Positions 51,718 to 64,000 of a DNA stretch of 64,000 bases are shown in pieces. The DNA lies in the NCBI RefSeq assembly GCF_009834535.1, contig NC_045696.1:40116001-40180000 (forward strand). Reading direction: 5' to 3'. The notes below the pieces were generated by a model. It was not told where the DNA came from, made no database searches, and saw only the letters and a list, made by a program, of their open reading frames with translations. A program made the position numbers and the translations under genes. The DNA is from Camelus ferus (Eukaryota). The first letter of the stretch is position 1. Every line of letters begins with the position of its first letter.

Positions 51718-54700
51718 ATGGCAATAAACACACATCTATCATTAATTACTGTAAGTGTTAATGGACTAAATGCTCCAGTCAAAAGACACAGAGTGGCAGA
51801 CTGGATAATAAAGCAAGAACCTTCAATATGCTGCATACAAGAGACCCACTTTAGGGAGAAGGACACATATAGACTGAGAGTGAAAGGATGGAAAAGGATA
51901 TTCCATGCAAATGGAAAAGCCAAAACAGCAGGTGTTGCAGTACTGATTTCAGACAAAACAGACTTTAAAACAAAGGCCATAAAGAAACATAAAGAAGGAC
52001 ATTTTATAATGATTAAAGGAGTGATACATGATGAGGATATTACACTCGTTAATATATATGCACCCAATATAGGAGCACCTAAGTACATACAAGAATTACT
52101 AACAGAGATAAAGGGGGATATTGATGGGAATACAATCATAGTTGGAGATTTTAACATTGCATTAACATCACTAGACAGATCTTCCAGACAGAAAATAAAC
52201 AAGGCAACAGAGAAATTAAATACTACAATAGAAAAACTAGATTTGGTGGATATTTTCAGAGCATTACACCCCCAAAAAATAGGATATACATTCTTTTCAA
52301 GTGCACATGGAACATTTTCCAGGATCGATCATGTACTTGGGCACAAAAGAAACCTCAACAATTTTAAGAAGATAGAAATTATCTCAAGCATCTTTACTGA
52401 CCACAATGCCATGAAACTGGAAATCAACAACAGAGAAACAAAGGAGAAAAAAAGGAAAGCATGGAGATTAAACAATATGTTATTGAAAAAACAATGGATC
52501 AATGAGGAAATCAAAGCTGAAATTAAAAAATACCTTGAGACAAATGATAATGAAAGCACAACCACTCAAAACCTATGGGACACAGCAAAGGCAGTGCTAA
52601 GAGGGAAGTTTATAGCGATACAGGCCTCCCTCAAAAAAGAAGAACAATCTCAAATAAACAATTTAACTCACCACCTGAATGAATTAGAAAAAGAAGAACA
52701 AAAAGCCCCAAAAAGCAGCAGAAGGAAGGAAATAATAAAGATCAGAGAGGAATTAAATACAATAGAGATTAAAAAGACCATAGAAAAAATCAACCAAACC
52801 AAAAGCTGGTTTTTTGAAAAAGTAAATAAAATCGACAAACCTCTGGCCAAACTCACAAAGAAGAAAAAAGAGAGAGCACAAATTAGCAAAATAAGAAGGG
52901 AAAATGGAGAAATTACAACAAACAAAATAGAAATACAGAATATCATACAAGAATATTATGAAAAACTATATGGAACCAAACTGGATAACCTAGAGGAGAT
53001 GGACAAGTTTCTGGAAACATACTGTCCACCAAAACTGAATCAAGAAGAATCTGAACACTTGAACAATCCGATCACTAGAAAGGAAATAGAAATAGCAATT
53101 AAAAACCTCCCTACAAATAAAAGTCCAGGACCGGAAGGCTTCACCAGGGAATTCTACCAAACATACAAAGAAGAACTCATACCAGTCCTTCTCAAACTCT
53201 TCCAGACGATTGAAAAGGAGGGAATACTCCCAAACTCATTCTATGAAGCCACCATCACCCTGATACCAAAACCAGGCAAAGACACTGCAAAAAAAGAGAA
53301 CTATAGGCCAATATCACTGATGAACATAGACGCCAAAATCCTCACCAAAATTTTAGCAAATAGAATCCAACAACACATAAAAAAGATTATACATCATGAC
53401 CAAGTGGGGTTCATCCCAGGGACACAAGTCTGGTTCAACATACGCAAATCAATCAGTGTAATACATCACATCAAAAAGAGAAAGGACAAAAACCACATGA
53501 TCATCTCAATCGATGCAGAAAAAGCATTTGATAAAATTCAACACCCATTTATGATAAAAACTCTCACCAAAGTGGGTATAGAGGGAACATATCTCAACAT
53601 AATAAAAGCTATATATGACAAACCTACAGCCAGCATAGTACTCAACAGTGAAAAACTCAAAAACTTCCCACTAAAATCTGGGACAAGACAAGGATGCCCA
53701 CTATCACCACTCCTATTCAACATAGTCCTGGAAGTCCCAGCCACAGCAGTCAGGCAAGAGAAAGAAATAAAAGGGATCCAAACTGGAAAAGAAGAGGTAA
53801 AAGTGTCATTATATGCTGATGACATGTTACTATATGTAGAAAACCCTCAAAGGTCCACACAAAAGCTACTAGAGCTGATTGAAGAATTCAGCAAGGTAGC
53901 AGGTTACAAAATTAACGTTCAAAAATCAGTTGCATTTCTTTACACTAACGATAAATCAACAGAAGAAGAAAGTAAAGAAACAATCCCCTTTAAAATAGCA
54001 CCCAAAGTAATGAAATATCTGGGAATAAATCTAACCAAGGAGGTGAAAGAATTATACACAGAAAACTATAAACCATTGATGAAGGAAATTAAAGAAGACT
54101 TTAAAAAATGGGAAGATATTCCATGCTCTTGGATTGGAAGAATCAGTATTGTTAAAATGGTCACACTGCCCAAGGCAATCTACAGATTTAATGCAATCCC
54201 TATCCAATTACCCAGGACATATTTCACAGAACTAGAAAAAATCATAATAAAATTCATATGGAACCATCAAAGACCTAGAATTGCCAAAGCATTTACTGAA
54301 GAGAAAGAAAGAGGCTGGAGGAATAACTCTCCCAGACTTCAGACAATACTATAGAGCTACAGTCATCAAGACAGCATGGTATTGGTACCAAAACAGGCAT
54401 ATAGACCAATGGAACAGAATAGAGAGCCCAGAAATGAACCCACAAACTTTTGGTCAACTCATCTTTGACAAAGGAGGCAAGAATATACATTGGAATAAAG
54501 ACAGTCTCTTCAGCAAATGGTGTTGGGAAAACTGGACAGCAGCATGTAAAACAATGAAGCTAGAACACTCCCTTACACCATATACAAAAATCAACTCAAA
54601 ATGGATTAAAGACTTAAACATAAGACAAGATACAATAAACCTCCTAGAGGAAAACATAGGCAAAACATCATCTGACATACATTTAAAAAATTATCTCCTA

Positions 54701-55516
54701 GAAGAAATAAAAGCAAGAATAAACAAATGGGACCTAATGAAACTTACAAGCTTCTGCACAGCAAAGGAAACCAGAAATAAAACAAGAAGAAAACCTATGG
54801 AATGGGAGAAAATTTTTGCAAGTGAAACCGACAAAGGCTTGATCTCCAGAATATATAAGCAGCTCATACGACTCAATAAGAAAAAAATAAACAACCCAAT
54901 CCAAAAATGGGCAGAAGACCTAAACAAGCAATTCTCCAAGGAAGACATACAAATGATCAAAAAGCACATGAAAAAATGCTCAATATCACTAATTATCAGA
55001 GAAATGCAAATCAAAACTACAATGAGGTATCACCTCATACCAGTCAGAATGGCCGTCATTCAAAAATCCACAAATGACAAATGCTGGAGAGGCTGTGGAG
55101 AAAGGGGAACCCTCCTACACTGCTGGTGGGAATGCAGTTTGGTGCAGCCACTATGGAAAACAGTGTGGAGATTCCTCAAAAGACTAGGAATAGACTTACC
55201 ATATGACCCAGGAATCCCACTCCTGGGCTTGTATCCAGAAAGAAATCTACTTCAGGATGACACCTGCACCCCAATGTTCATAGCAGCACTATTTACAATA
55301 GCCAAAACATGGAAACAGCCTAAATGTCCATCAACAGGTGACTGGATAAAGAAGAGGTGGTATATTTATACAATGGAATACTACTCAGCCATAAAAACTG
55401 ACAACATAATGCCATTTGCAACAACATGGATGCTCCTGGAGAATGTCATTCTAAGTGAAGTAAGCCAGAAAGAGAAAGAAAAATACCATATGAGATTGCT
55501 CATATGTGGAATCTAA
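51718..55516 (+). pseudogene. L1 ORF2p (endonuclease/reverse transcriptase) with a single +1 frameshift near 54290
   Basis: 878-aa and 411-aa overlapping ORFs; APE endonuclease motifs (QETH, GDFN, RIDH, TDH), RT motifs (QGCPLSP, YADD), C-terminal CWRGC..HCWWEC. Confidence 0.96.
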
Positions 55517-56647
55517 AAAACAAAAACAAACAAAAACAAAGCGTAAATAAAGGACAGAAATAGACTCACAGACAGAGAATACAGACTTGTGGTTACCAGG
55601 GGGGTGGAGGGTGGGAAGGGATAGACTGGGATTTCAAAATTGTAGAATAGACTACACTGTATAGCACAGGGAAATATACACAAAAGGTTATGATAACTCA
55701 CAGAGAAAAAAATGTGACAATGAGTGTGTATATGTCCATGAATAACTGAAAAATTGTGCTGAACACTGGAATTTGACACAACATTGTAAAATGATTATAA
55801 ATCAATAAAAAATGTTAAAAAAAAAAAAAAGAAGAAGAAGAAGAAGAATGTAAATTCCAGCAGTCCGGGGTGCCAATAGGGCTGCTGGAGTGTATGGGGA
55901 CTTGCAGAGTGAGGCTGCAGCATCAGGATCACTTGAAGAAAGGGCCAAGGAAGGGCAAGTACTCTGTGAGAGGAACAGAGGGAGTAGGAATGTGTCTCCT
56001 GAAGGCATGTGTGAGAACAAGCAGTTATTTTCCCCAGAGACATCTGTGAGACTCTCAAATTGTGCCTGTTAAAGGGCAGACGGAGAGAGAAAAGTGAATT
56101 ACTGGAAAAAGCAGGTATCTCCCTGGGAGTTGTGAGGGCGGCAGAAAGACTGTCTACGTCTATTAGTCTTGGCAGCTGTCTATCTGTGAATCTGGCCCAG
56201 TCAGAGTTTCCAAGGCCCTGCTTCTGAAAAATGTGGCAAGGGTTTAACGTGTACCAGAGACTACACAGGGCTCTGGTGTGAGCGGGGTCAGAGGAAACTG
56301 AGGTCCCAGCCTCAGTCCCTTAGCACATGGGAGTCACTTAGGTGGTGACGTCATGATTAGCTTGGCCTTTGCTTACAGACTGTAGTTCTCTGAAGACTCT
56401 AGGGGAATGTGTCTCAAATTGGAATGGAATCTCCATCTAAGTTTTGTGTTTCTCTCTACTGCATCCTGAGTAGTATTATGAAGTCCAGATCATGGGTGAG
56501 AACCTCCTCACTGACAAATGAGAGGCTTTTGGGCAAACACTTCTTCCATGCAACAGAGGGCAGATTTTCTGCCTGGAGCCATAGTACTTCCTCTCTGCTA
56601 CTTAGTACTCTACAAGAAATACCTCTTTTCTTCATACTCCCCGGTGC

Positions 56648-57668
56648 TGTCTTGTTTAGGAATGTCTTTGGTTGCAAGTAACAGAAAACCTACTTTACAG
56701 CAGCTCAAACAGATGCAGGTGTATTTTTCTCACATAACAAGATTTTGGATCTAGACAGCAGCTAGCATCTATTCAGAAGCTCGACGACACCAGGGAATTC
56801 TCTTATCTTTTCATTCATACTTGTTTTTTTCAGAGTCATAAGATGGCTGCTGATCAATGGAGGAATGGATAAAGTTGTGGTGTCCACGTGAATATACAAC
56901 AGAGTATTATTCAGATTTAAAAAGGAAAGGAATCCTGCCATTTGCAACCATATAGAGGGACCTGGAAGACATTATGCTAAGTGAAGCAACCCAGACACAG
57001 GAAGAAAAATATTGCATGATCTCACTTCTACGTGGAGTCTACATAGAAGCAGAGAGTAGAACAGTGGTTACCAGGGGCAAGAAAGGATAGGGAGACATTG
57101 GTCAAAAGATGCAAAGGTGCAGTTCTGTGGGATAAACAAGTCTACAGATCCAATTTCCAGCATGATTATAGTTAGTAAGAGTACTGTATACTGGCAATTT
57201 GCTAGGATAGTACATTTCAGGTGCTCTGACAACAACAACAACAACAAAAGGATGGTAACTGTGTAAGGAGATGGATATGTTAATCAACTTGACTATATTA
57301 ATCACTTCACTATGTATGGGTATATCAAAACATCATAATGTACACCTTAAATATATACAATTTTATTTTTTAAAGATGGTTGCTGCATCATTGGGTATTA
57401 GGTTTGTGTTCAAAGTAGCAAAAAGGGAGAAGGGCAGTGTCCACTGTGATAATCCCTATTCATCAGGACAGCGCTCCACTGGAATCCCCATCAGACCTCT
57501 GTGTGTGTCCCACTCATCAGATCTCTGTCCCATAGCCACACTTGGCATGAAGGGAGCCTTGGGGGCCCAGAATTTAGCTGGACACCCTGCCAGCCTGAAC
57601 AAAATCAGGCTTCTGTCAATTACAAAGAGGGAGGAGTTACTGGGAAGGCAACTAACAGTGGCTGCCAC
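56648..57668 (-). mobile_element. MaLR LTR (old MLT1) split by an L1 insertion
   Basis: ggttgcaagtaacagaaaacc...ttttctcacataacaag on the left; gggaaggcaactaacagtggctgccaca on the right. Confidence 0.65.
56853..57372 (+). mobile_element. 5'-truncated L1 (L1MA-like) 3' end
   Basis: gaatggataaag..aatcctgccatttgcaac..gacattatgctaagtgaa..tgtacaccttaaatatatacaattttattt; TSD AAGATGG(C/T)TGCTG at 56840-56852 and 57373-57385. Confidence 0.88.
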
Positions 57669-60210
57669 ACCCTGTGCACAGCATTGATCAAATTGCATCA
57701 AAATGTTCTGTTTCTGTCTCTGTCTCCCCTCCCAACAGAATTAACAGCACTTGGCAGACCAAGGTACCCAGTCATTCTTGTATTCCCAACATCTGGCACA
57801 TTGCCTGGCATAAAACAGACTTAATAAACGTAACTCAAACTCAAAAAAATATTGGCTGAATAGAGAGACAAAAGAACTGCATTTTGATTCATCTTTGTAT
57901 GCAATTCTCTCTTTAAAGATAAAAGGAGATATTGATGTAAAAAGAAACATTAGTTATCCAAGAGATAGATATGCCAAGAAATTCGTGTATGATTCCACTT
58001 AAATGTACAACAGTTTCTAACACAAATACAATGGGGTAGGTAATAATAATACTAGCCACCACAATGGAAATTTTCATGCTCTATTATCTTTAATCCTAAT
58101 ATCTCCACAAGTATTACTTACCTCATCTTAAAGAAGCTGGGAAAGTGGCACAAAATCTAAGAGCTGCAAATGGTAGAACCAGAGTGTGAGCCCAAGTAGA
58201 CCTATCTTTCTCCACTGTTCATCTGGCCTTCTGCATGAGAGTGTCCAGCACCCTCACTTTCTCAAGGGAAACACCAGTGCTGGGATGTCACATGAGGACT
58301 CCAACTAGAAATCGGGCTTCCTGTCTCCAAGGACACCTTTCCATCTTTACTCTCTGCCTCCCTCAACACTTCACTCAGCAGAGAGAGCAGTGGGCTGTAC
58401 TTTTGAAGAACCAGTGGCGTTGCTGAGCATGGGGAAAGGATTATTGTTTTTTTCCAGCATCCATGATAAATCCAGAGAAGGAGAGAAGGGGAGAGAGCCA
58501 GAACACGGCAGGCTCCTCTCAAGCCAACCCTATGCAGCTGTAAACCTAGCCCTACAAGTAGGAGTAGAAACTTCTATGGACTCTTCTTTTCAGCAGCAAT
58601 CTGATGCCATTAGGCTGAGGTATGTGTATGTGGCTTTGGAACACTAGACAAAGCATGTTGTGGACTTCCATCAACTCCAGTGAGACAGTACAAACAAGGA
58701 TGAAATGGCTACATTTTGGCTGATGGCTTCAGGTTGCCCACACTGGTTCACAAGTGACTGCAGTCCCCTGGCCACCACCTCTTTCTCTAATTGATTAATC
58801 AAGCTTTGTGCCAAGAGCTTGGAGTCAGGGATGCCTCCGTGGGGAAAAGTGATATTTCAATCCTGACTTACCTAAAAGCCAGTATCATACAGCCTACAGT
58901 CTGTGAATGTGTCCAAGGCGTATCAGTTGCATCTCTCATGGCAAATACAATACAGATGAGGTTCTTCATCAAGAAATTAGAATCTAATTCAATAAAATCT
59001 ACTCATGCAATTCAAGAACAGTTTTCTCTGAGGATTTCATGATGCCCAGGGGCTGTAAGACAAGCCCATCCAAGTAGCGTTCATGGCTTGTGCATTCCTA
59101 AAACATTCACTTCTGAGAATATGTGTACAAAAGAAAGGCAGAGTTAGAGGCAGAGAGAAACCTCAGATAAGTCACAGCAAACCAAAACTGGCTTTTAAGG
59201 ATCTGTAATTCAGCAGCAAGATACACACTGAGATCTTATAATCCTTTGGATGAAATAAAGGGAATTCTCAATTATACTGGGGAAAAAAAAAACCCACTCC
59301 TGAGCTCTTCAGGCAGAGACTGTAAATTTTGGCAGGGAACACTGATCTGAGATTTAAAGCCAGAATTATAAGCTCGAAATGAGAGAAAAGATGAACAAGG
59401 GTTGTCAGAAATAGAATCATTTTATGCTTCATATTTTCGCCAAGGTAACAATTATACATTTCAACAATGTTTCTGTAAATTGGTACCAAATGGATTACTC
59501 AGGAACCTCACATTTTGGTTTGATGAGAACAAGTATAACAATTGTTCAAATAAAGAGTACAGAGTTTACAATTGGGAAAGAATCAAAGAAAAACTTGTTG
59601 CCCTAGGCTGGGGGTCTCTCATGTACTAAGTGTCTCTTGTAGTTTTAACAGACTCTTTGCCCAAGTCCACGTGGCCAGGTGCTCCTGGGGCTGTACCTGG
59701 GACCTCCAGGGCAATTTCACTGAATCGTGGTTCCCCAGCTTGTTGTGGTCTGCAAATCTCTATCACGTCACTCTAAACCAGAGGTAAATCATGAAGTGGA
59801 ACACCTGGGAACAGAATTGGTTGCCCCAAAATTCACTTATCAGAATCTCAGCAATCTGGGGTTCTTGGTGACAGCCAGGGAAGAGAACGGGGGTAGGCTG
59901 GGAGTAGAAGGCCCTAACTGGAGCTCTGTCACTGGTTACAACTGTTGGAATCACTATCATATACAAGTAAAATGATTGGTTTGGGGTTTCAGCACCCACT
60001 GCTGCATCCTTTTATTATTTATATAATATATATAATAAAGAGCATATTTATTATTCAAAAAACATGGTAGGTTATGGGAACAGAGGACAGAGGCTGGCCC
60101 AACAATGCCTCAGTCCCAATGAAACCTAATGAAACCATGACAAATGCCAATGGCAAAAGGCGTTGTGGGACTGCAGACACCACAAAGACTCTATGGAAAA
60201 AAACAACTTT

Positions 60211-61182
60211 TTAAAAAAATTTTTTTCTTTTTTTTTAACTTTTTTTATTGAGTTATAGTCATTTTACAGTGTTGTGTCAAATTCCAGTGTAGAGCACAAT
60301 TTTTCAGTTATACATGAATATACATATATTCATTGTCACTTTTTTTTTGCTGTGAGTTACCACAAGATCTTGTATATATTTCCCTTTGCTATACAGTATA
60401 ATCTTGTTTATCTATTCTACATTTTGAAATCCCAGTCTGTCCCTTCCCACCCCCTGCACCCTTGGCAACCACAAGTTTGTATTCTATGTCTATGAGTCTA
60501 TTTCTGTTTTGTATTTATGTTGTTTGTTTGGGTTTTTTTTTTTTTTTTTTAGATTCCACATATGAGCGATCTCATATGGTATTTTTCTTTCTCTTTCTGG
60601 CTTACTTCACTTAGAATAACATTCTCCAGGAACATCCATGTTGCTGCAAATGGCATTATGTTGTCGGTTTTTATGGCTAGATAGTATTCCATTTTATAAA
60701 TATACCACCTCTTCTTTATCCAGTTCTCTGTTGATGGACATTTAGGCTGTTTCCATGGCTTGGCTATTGTAAACAGTGACACTGTGAACACTAGGGTGAA
60801 GGTATCATTTTGAAGTAGGGTTCCTTCTGGATATATGCCCAGGAGCAGGATTCCTGGGTCATATGGTAAGTCTATTCCTAGTCTTTTGAGGACTCTCCAT
60901 ACTGTTTTCCACAGTGGCTGCACCAAACTGCATTCCCACCAGCAGTGTAGGAGGGTTCCCTTTTCTCCACAGCCTCTCCAGCATTTGTCATTTGTGGACT
61001 TTTGAATGATGGCCATTCTGACTGGTGTGAGGTGATACCTCATTGTAGTTTTGATTTGCATTTCTCTGATAATTAGTGATATTGAGCATTTTTTCATGTG
61101 CTTTTTGATCATTTGTATTTCTTCCTTGGAGAATTGCTTGTTTAGGTCTTTTGCCCATTTTTGGATTAGGTTGTTTGTTTTA
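60211..61182 (-). mobile_element. Young 5'-truncated LINE-1 (ORF2 C-terminus, 3' UTR, A tail)
   Basis: C-terminal part of ORF 60549..61418 is nearly identical to the ORF2 end of the young L1 ([14 protein letters not shown]...HMRSLICGI); T-rich tail at 60211-60247. Confidence 0.95.
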
Positions 61183-61207
61183 ACTTCTTTTGAATTTTTT
61201 TTAACAG

Positions 61208-61305
61208 GAACATATGTGCTATTACAATCATTAAATGAGGACATTAAGAAGAACAACTGGAAAAGGTTTTGCATCATTACAAGTAACAGAAGAATCTTCT
61301 TGTTG
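61208..61305 (+). other. Candidate 98-nt exon of unknown gene
   Basis: Branch-point-like TTAAC (~61180-61184), pyrimidine tract and TTAACAG acceptor, donor TTG/GTAAGT; one open frame ([32 protein letters not shown]), not recognised. Confidence 0.4.
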
Positions 61306-61974
61306 GTAAGTAAGCTTATTTTCCCTGGTTCATTTGTTATTTTCAAATTAAGGGCTAAATTCTCTTCTCTGCCAAACATGAAGGGAGATAGAAGAGAAAA
61401 ACGATTGACAATTATCATGAAGTACTATATACTGTTAAGTACTTTCATATTGTAAGAACTTATCACAAATTAAATAATAAAGGTATATTAATTAAGTATT
61501 ATGAAAAACAAGTGTAATCTATAGCCTTCCCATGACACACTCTACACCTAACCCTAGGAGAACTAAACATGCCAGTCCTGCAGCCCTTACTCTGAGAATG
61601 CCACTCCATGGCCCACTACAATCAGTAGCCAGGGCTGGGCACAGCAGCAGAGGAATGAAAGTGTTAGAAATGGAAATAGACTCCCCATGCAGTTGAAAGC
61701 TAAGAAAGGGAAACTGTGATATGTACTTTGCAGGTCAGATTTCTCTTCCCTCACTCAAAATTACAGCAAACAGAATCATATCTGGGTAATAATAATCCAC
61801 ATTGCTGTAGCTCCTACAGTGTACAAAGAGCTTTTACCTATGGGATCTCATTGAAAGAGCAACTCACTCCACTCTCTAAACAGTTTCTAGAGAGAGAAAA
61901 TGTATATGTCAAACAGAAGATGCCTTGTTCTCAAATTAAGGCTCTTCTTTATTGACAGTAGGTCAGCAAAAGCC

Positions 61975-62300
61975 CATGTGAGGTTCCAGAGGCAGATCCT
62001 CAGGCAGGACTCACTGACAAGCAGGGAATTTGGACAGGGAGGAAGGAGCAACCAAACAAAGGTGGGATTTCAGGCAGTCAGGCTTTAGCCTGATCCCTAA
62101 AGGGAGCTATGGAATATCAATTATGCTGCAGGGTTTATCCCAACCAGAGGGATGAGGGCTGGGGTTTCCTATTCCTGCACATACATTCACTGGCCATGGG
62201 TTCAGGGGGTGGTGGGGACAGGGAACATCAATCCTGAGCACTGCCTTCTGTCTGCACATGTGGGGCTCCAGGAGGGTGTCGCGATGAGGGCTGTTACAAG
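61975..62300 (-). mobile_element. ERVL-type LTR remnant (LTR16/LTR33-like)
   Basis: gcagatcctcaggcagga; tttagcctgatccctaaagggagctatgga; gggctggggtttcctattcctgcac resemble the recalled consensus; low certainty. Confidence 0.4.
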
Positions 62301-64000
62301 AAAACCCAGCACACAGAAGAGGGAAGCTCACAGACAAAGAAGAAGGGATTCCAGAGAATCCAGGCTGAATAATGATAAGACGCACTGTGAGTTTGGCTCT
62401 ATGGACAACAGACTTAGAAAAACAGATTAAAAATTCAGAGTTCCATGCCAAAACTACTAAAACATAGGCAAAAAATGTCATGATCTAAGAGTGAAAGGTA
62501 GGAGGAGAACAACCAGGACCTCATAAAGCTCCTTGAGGGCAAAAGCCACAACTTAGGTCTCTGTGTCACTGGGTCCTCACCCCAAGCCTGGTACATGACA
62601 GCTACTCACTTTTATAGAAAAAATGGGTGTGTAGGACTGAGCAGCACTGAGCATGCTCACCCATCTCCTTGAGTAGTAGAAGGCTGGGGTCATGTATTGA
62701 GAGTCAAGATACACAACTCCCAAGGACCCACCAAGGCTAATCCATCCTGTGAAAAGAAATCTTAAAATAAAATGTCAAGGTATGTGTATATATTAGGTAG
62801 GACTAGAAATGTGTACTTTTGGAGCCCAGACTATCCTTATTCAAATTCAAACATAGAATAGATATTTACCTTTCTGATATGGTTTTCAGATTCCACATAC
62901 CCTCCTATAAATTCTCCCTAACCCACTCACTTGTCTCAAGATACACTCTCCAGTTCTCCTTCTTTAGTGTGGGGTTTAGGTTCAAATGTAAATCCCTATG
63001 GAAAAAAACACTTTAATTTAATTACAGTGATCAGTCATTTATACCTTAGTATGAATAAAAGCTTCCAGAACAGAATTTTTATTAAAAGGTGTTGAGGAAT
63101 GGAAGGGATCAATAAATGAAATGAAAAAAGAGCAGTGAACTTTTCTGAAGGCACATATCACCTCTTCACTGACCTGCCTTGGCCTGGCCTGGACTAAGCC
63201 AGGTGGCCGTCCCCTGTACCCACCTGTGGGCAGCAGGACCCAACTCCTCTCAAATTCAGGAGCTCAGACATCCTGTAACCCTCAACAGTTCTTCAATGAG
63301 CCCCAGGCACAGGCCTGTCTCCTCCTCAGTCTGGAGAATCACCTGAACATCACTAGATTCAGGAGAATAACTCAGCAAACCAAAATCTTAGAGAGCACAG
63401 ACCGCAGACACATGACCCAGTCACAACTCCACAAGTCCTCAGTTGTGAGTCACAGAGGGAGTATGTCACAAACCTTAGCAAGTTATGTAACAATCTGGAA
63501 CCTGAGAGTCATGGGATCAGGGTGTGCCACCAATTAGCTGTGTAACTTTAAGGCTTTGGTTTCCATAAATGTTGAGAAAAAAAAAAAGGAGAGGCAAGAG
63601 ATATTGAGATATTGCATAATCAAAAAATTAAAAATACATTTAAAATTATGTTAAAAAATTTTTTTCATTTTAGGACTCCTAAGGGATTATAATGTTTTAA
63701 GTTGCACTGTGTATCTCTAGGAGGCAAAATAGAGTTCCATGTTTCCCAGATATAATTTATCTTGGAACCCTATTTTCAAATACCATTTCTAAGAACCAGT
63801 ATTCCACCGGATGCAATTTGGGAACTGCTAGACTAAAAGATTCCCAAAGCCCTTTAAAGCAGTAACATTCTGCAATTTTACCCCATGAGTCTTTTCCTCT
63901 TTCCTCTAATCGTAGTAAGGACCTCCACTTAAGATTCTCAATATCCAAACTCTGCAAATTCCACAATACCAATTTTTTGCAACAGTGGTAATTATAACAA

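Larger units (their letters stand above)
48740..55838 (+). mobile_element. Young full-length LINE-1 (~7.1 kb)
   Basis: CpG-rich 5' UTR, ORF1, ~400-bp spacer, ORF2, 3' UTR, AATAAA and poly(A); perfect 14-bp TSD AGAAGAAGAATGTA at 48726-48739 and 55839-55852, with a TT/AGAA nick site. Confidence 0.98.

Noticed and set aside
60205..61204. AACTT...T-run similarity on both sides of the minus-strand L1 as its TSD
   Set aside because: Too many mismatches for so young an element. The 19-20-bp repeat at 60191/62996 fits better, though this alternative is not fully excluded.
60549..61418. 289-aa ORF as a novel fusion gene
   Set aside because: The C-terminal two thirds is L1 ORF2, and the N-terminus is AT-rich flank that happens to be in frame. 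No support for expression.
1..64000. Prokaryotic-type systems (CRISPR arrays, operons) and the remaining short ORFs
   Set aside because: The sequence is mammalian repeat-derived DNA. I found no regularly spaced repeat-spacer array, and the short ORFs are L1 sense/antisense fragments or random.

Overview
Repeat-rich mammalian non-coding DNA. It is probably camelid, inferred from a tRNA-Ala-derived SINE resembling vic-1 and cetartiodactyl-type L1 3' ends. I recognise no intact protein-coding gene. Main contents: (1) a young full-length LINE-1 (48740-55838, +) with a 14-bp target-site duplication (TSD) and only three ORF-breaking lesions; (2) a ~15 kb same-strand pile-up of older L1s (15226-30930); (3) inside that pile-up, an antisense CCT8 (TCP-1 theta) processed pseudogene that replaces part of an L1 ORF2 and was later scrambled by a multi-junction inverted duplication; (4) many ancient MIR, L2, MaLR/ERVL LTR and Tigger remnants. 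The most interesting signal is a ~2.8 kb unit (60211-62995). It appears to be one TSD-flanked retroposition of an L1 3' end plus ~1.8 kb of non-L1 cargo that carries a textbook exon. Other notable items are the CCT8/L1 chimera with its ~645-bp near-identical inverted arms, a TSD-flanked tailless tRNA-half insertion, and two L1 insertions stacked on one target site. Repeat family names come from recalled consensus sequences and alignments were done by eye; no searches were run.
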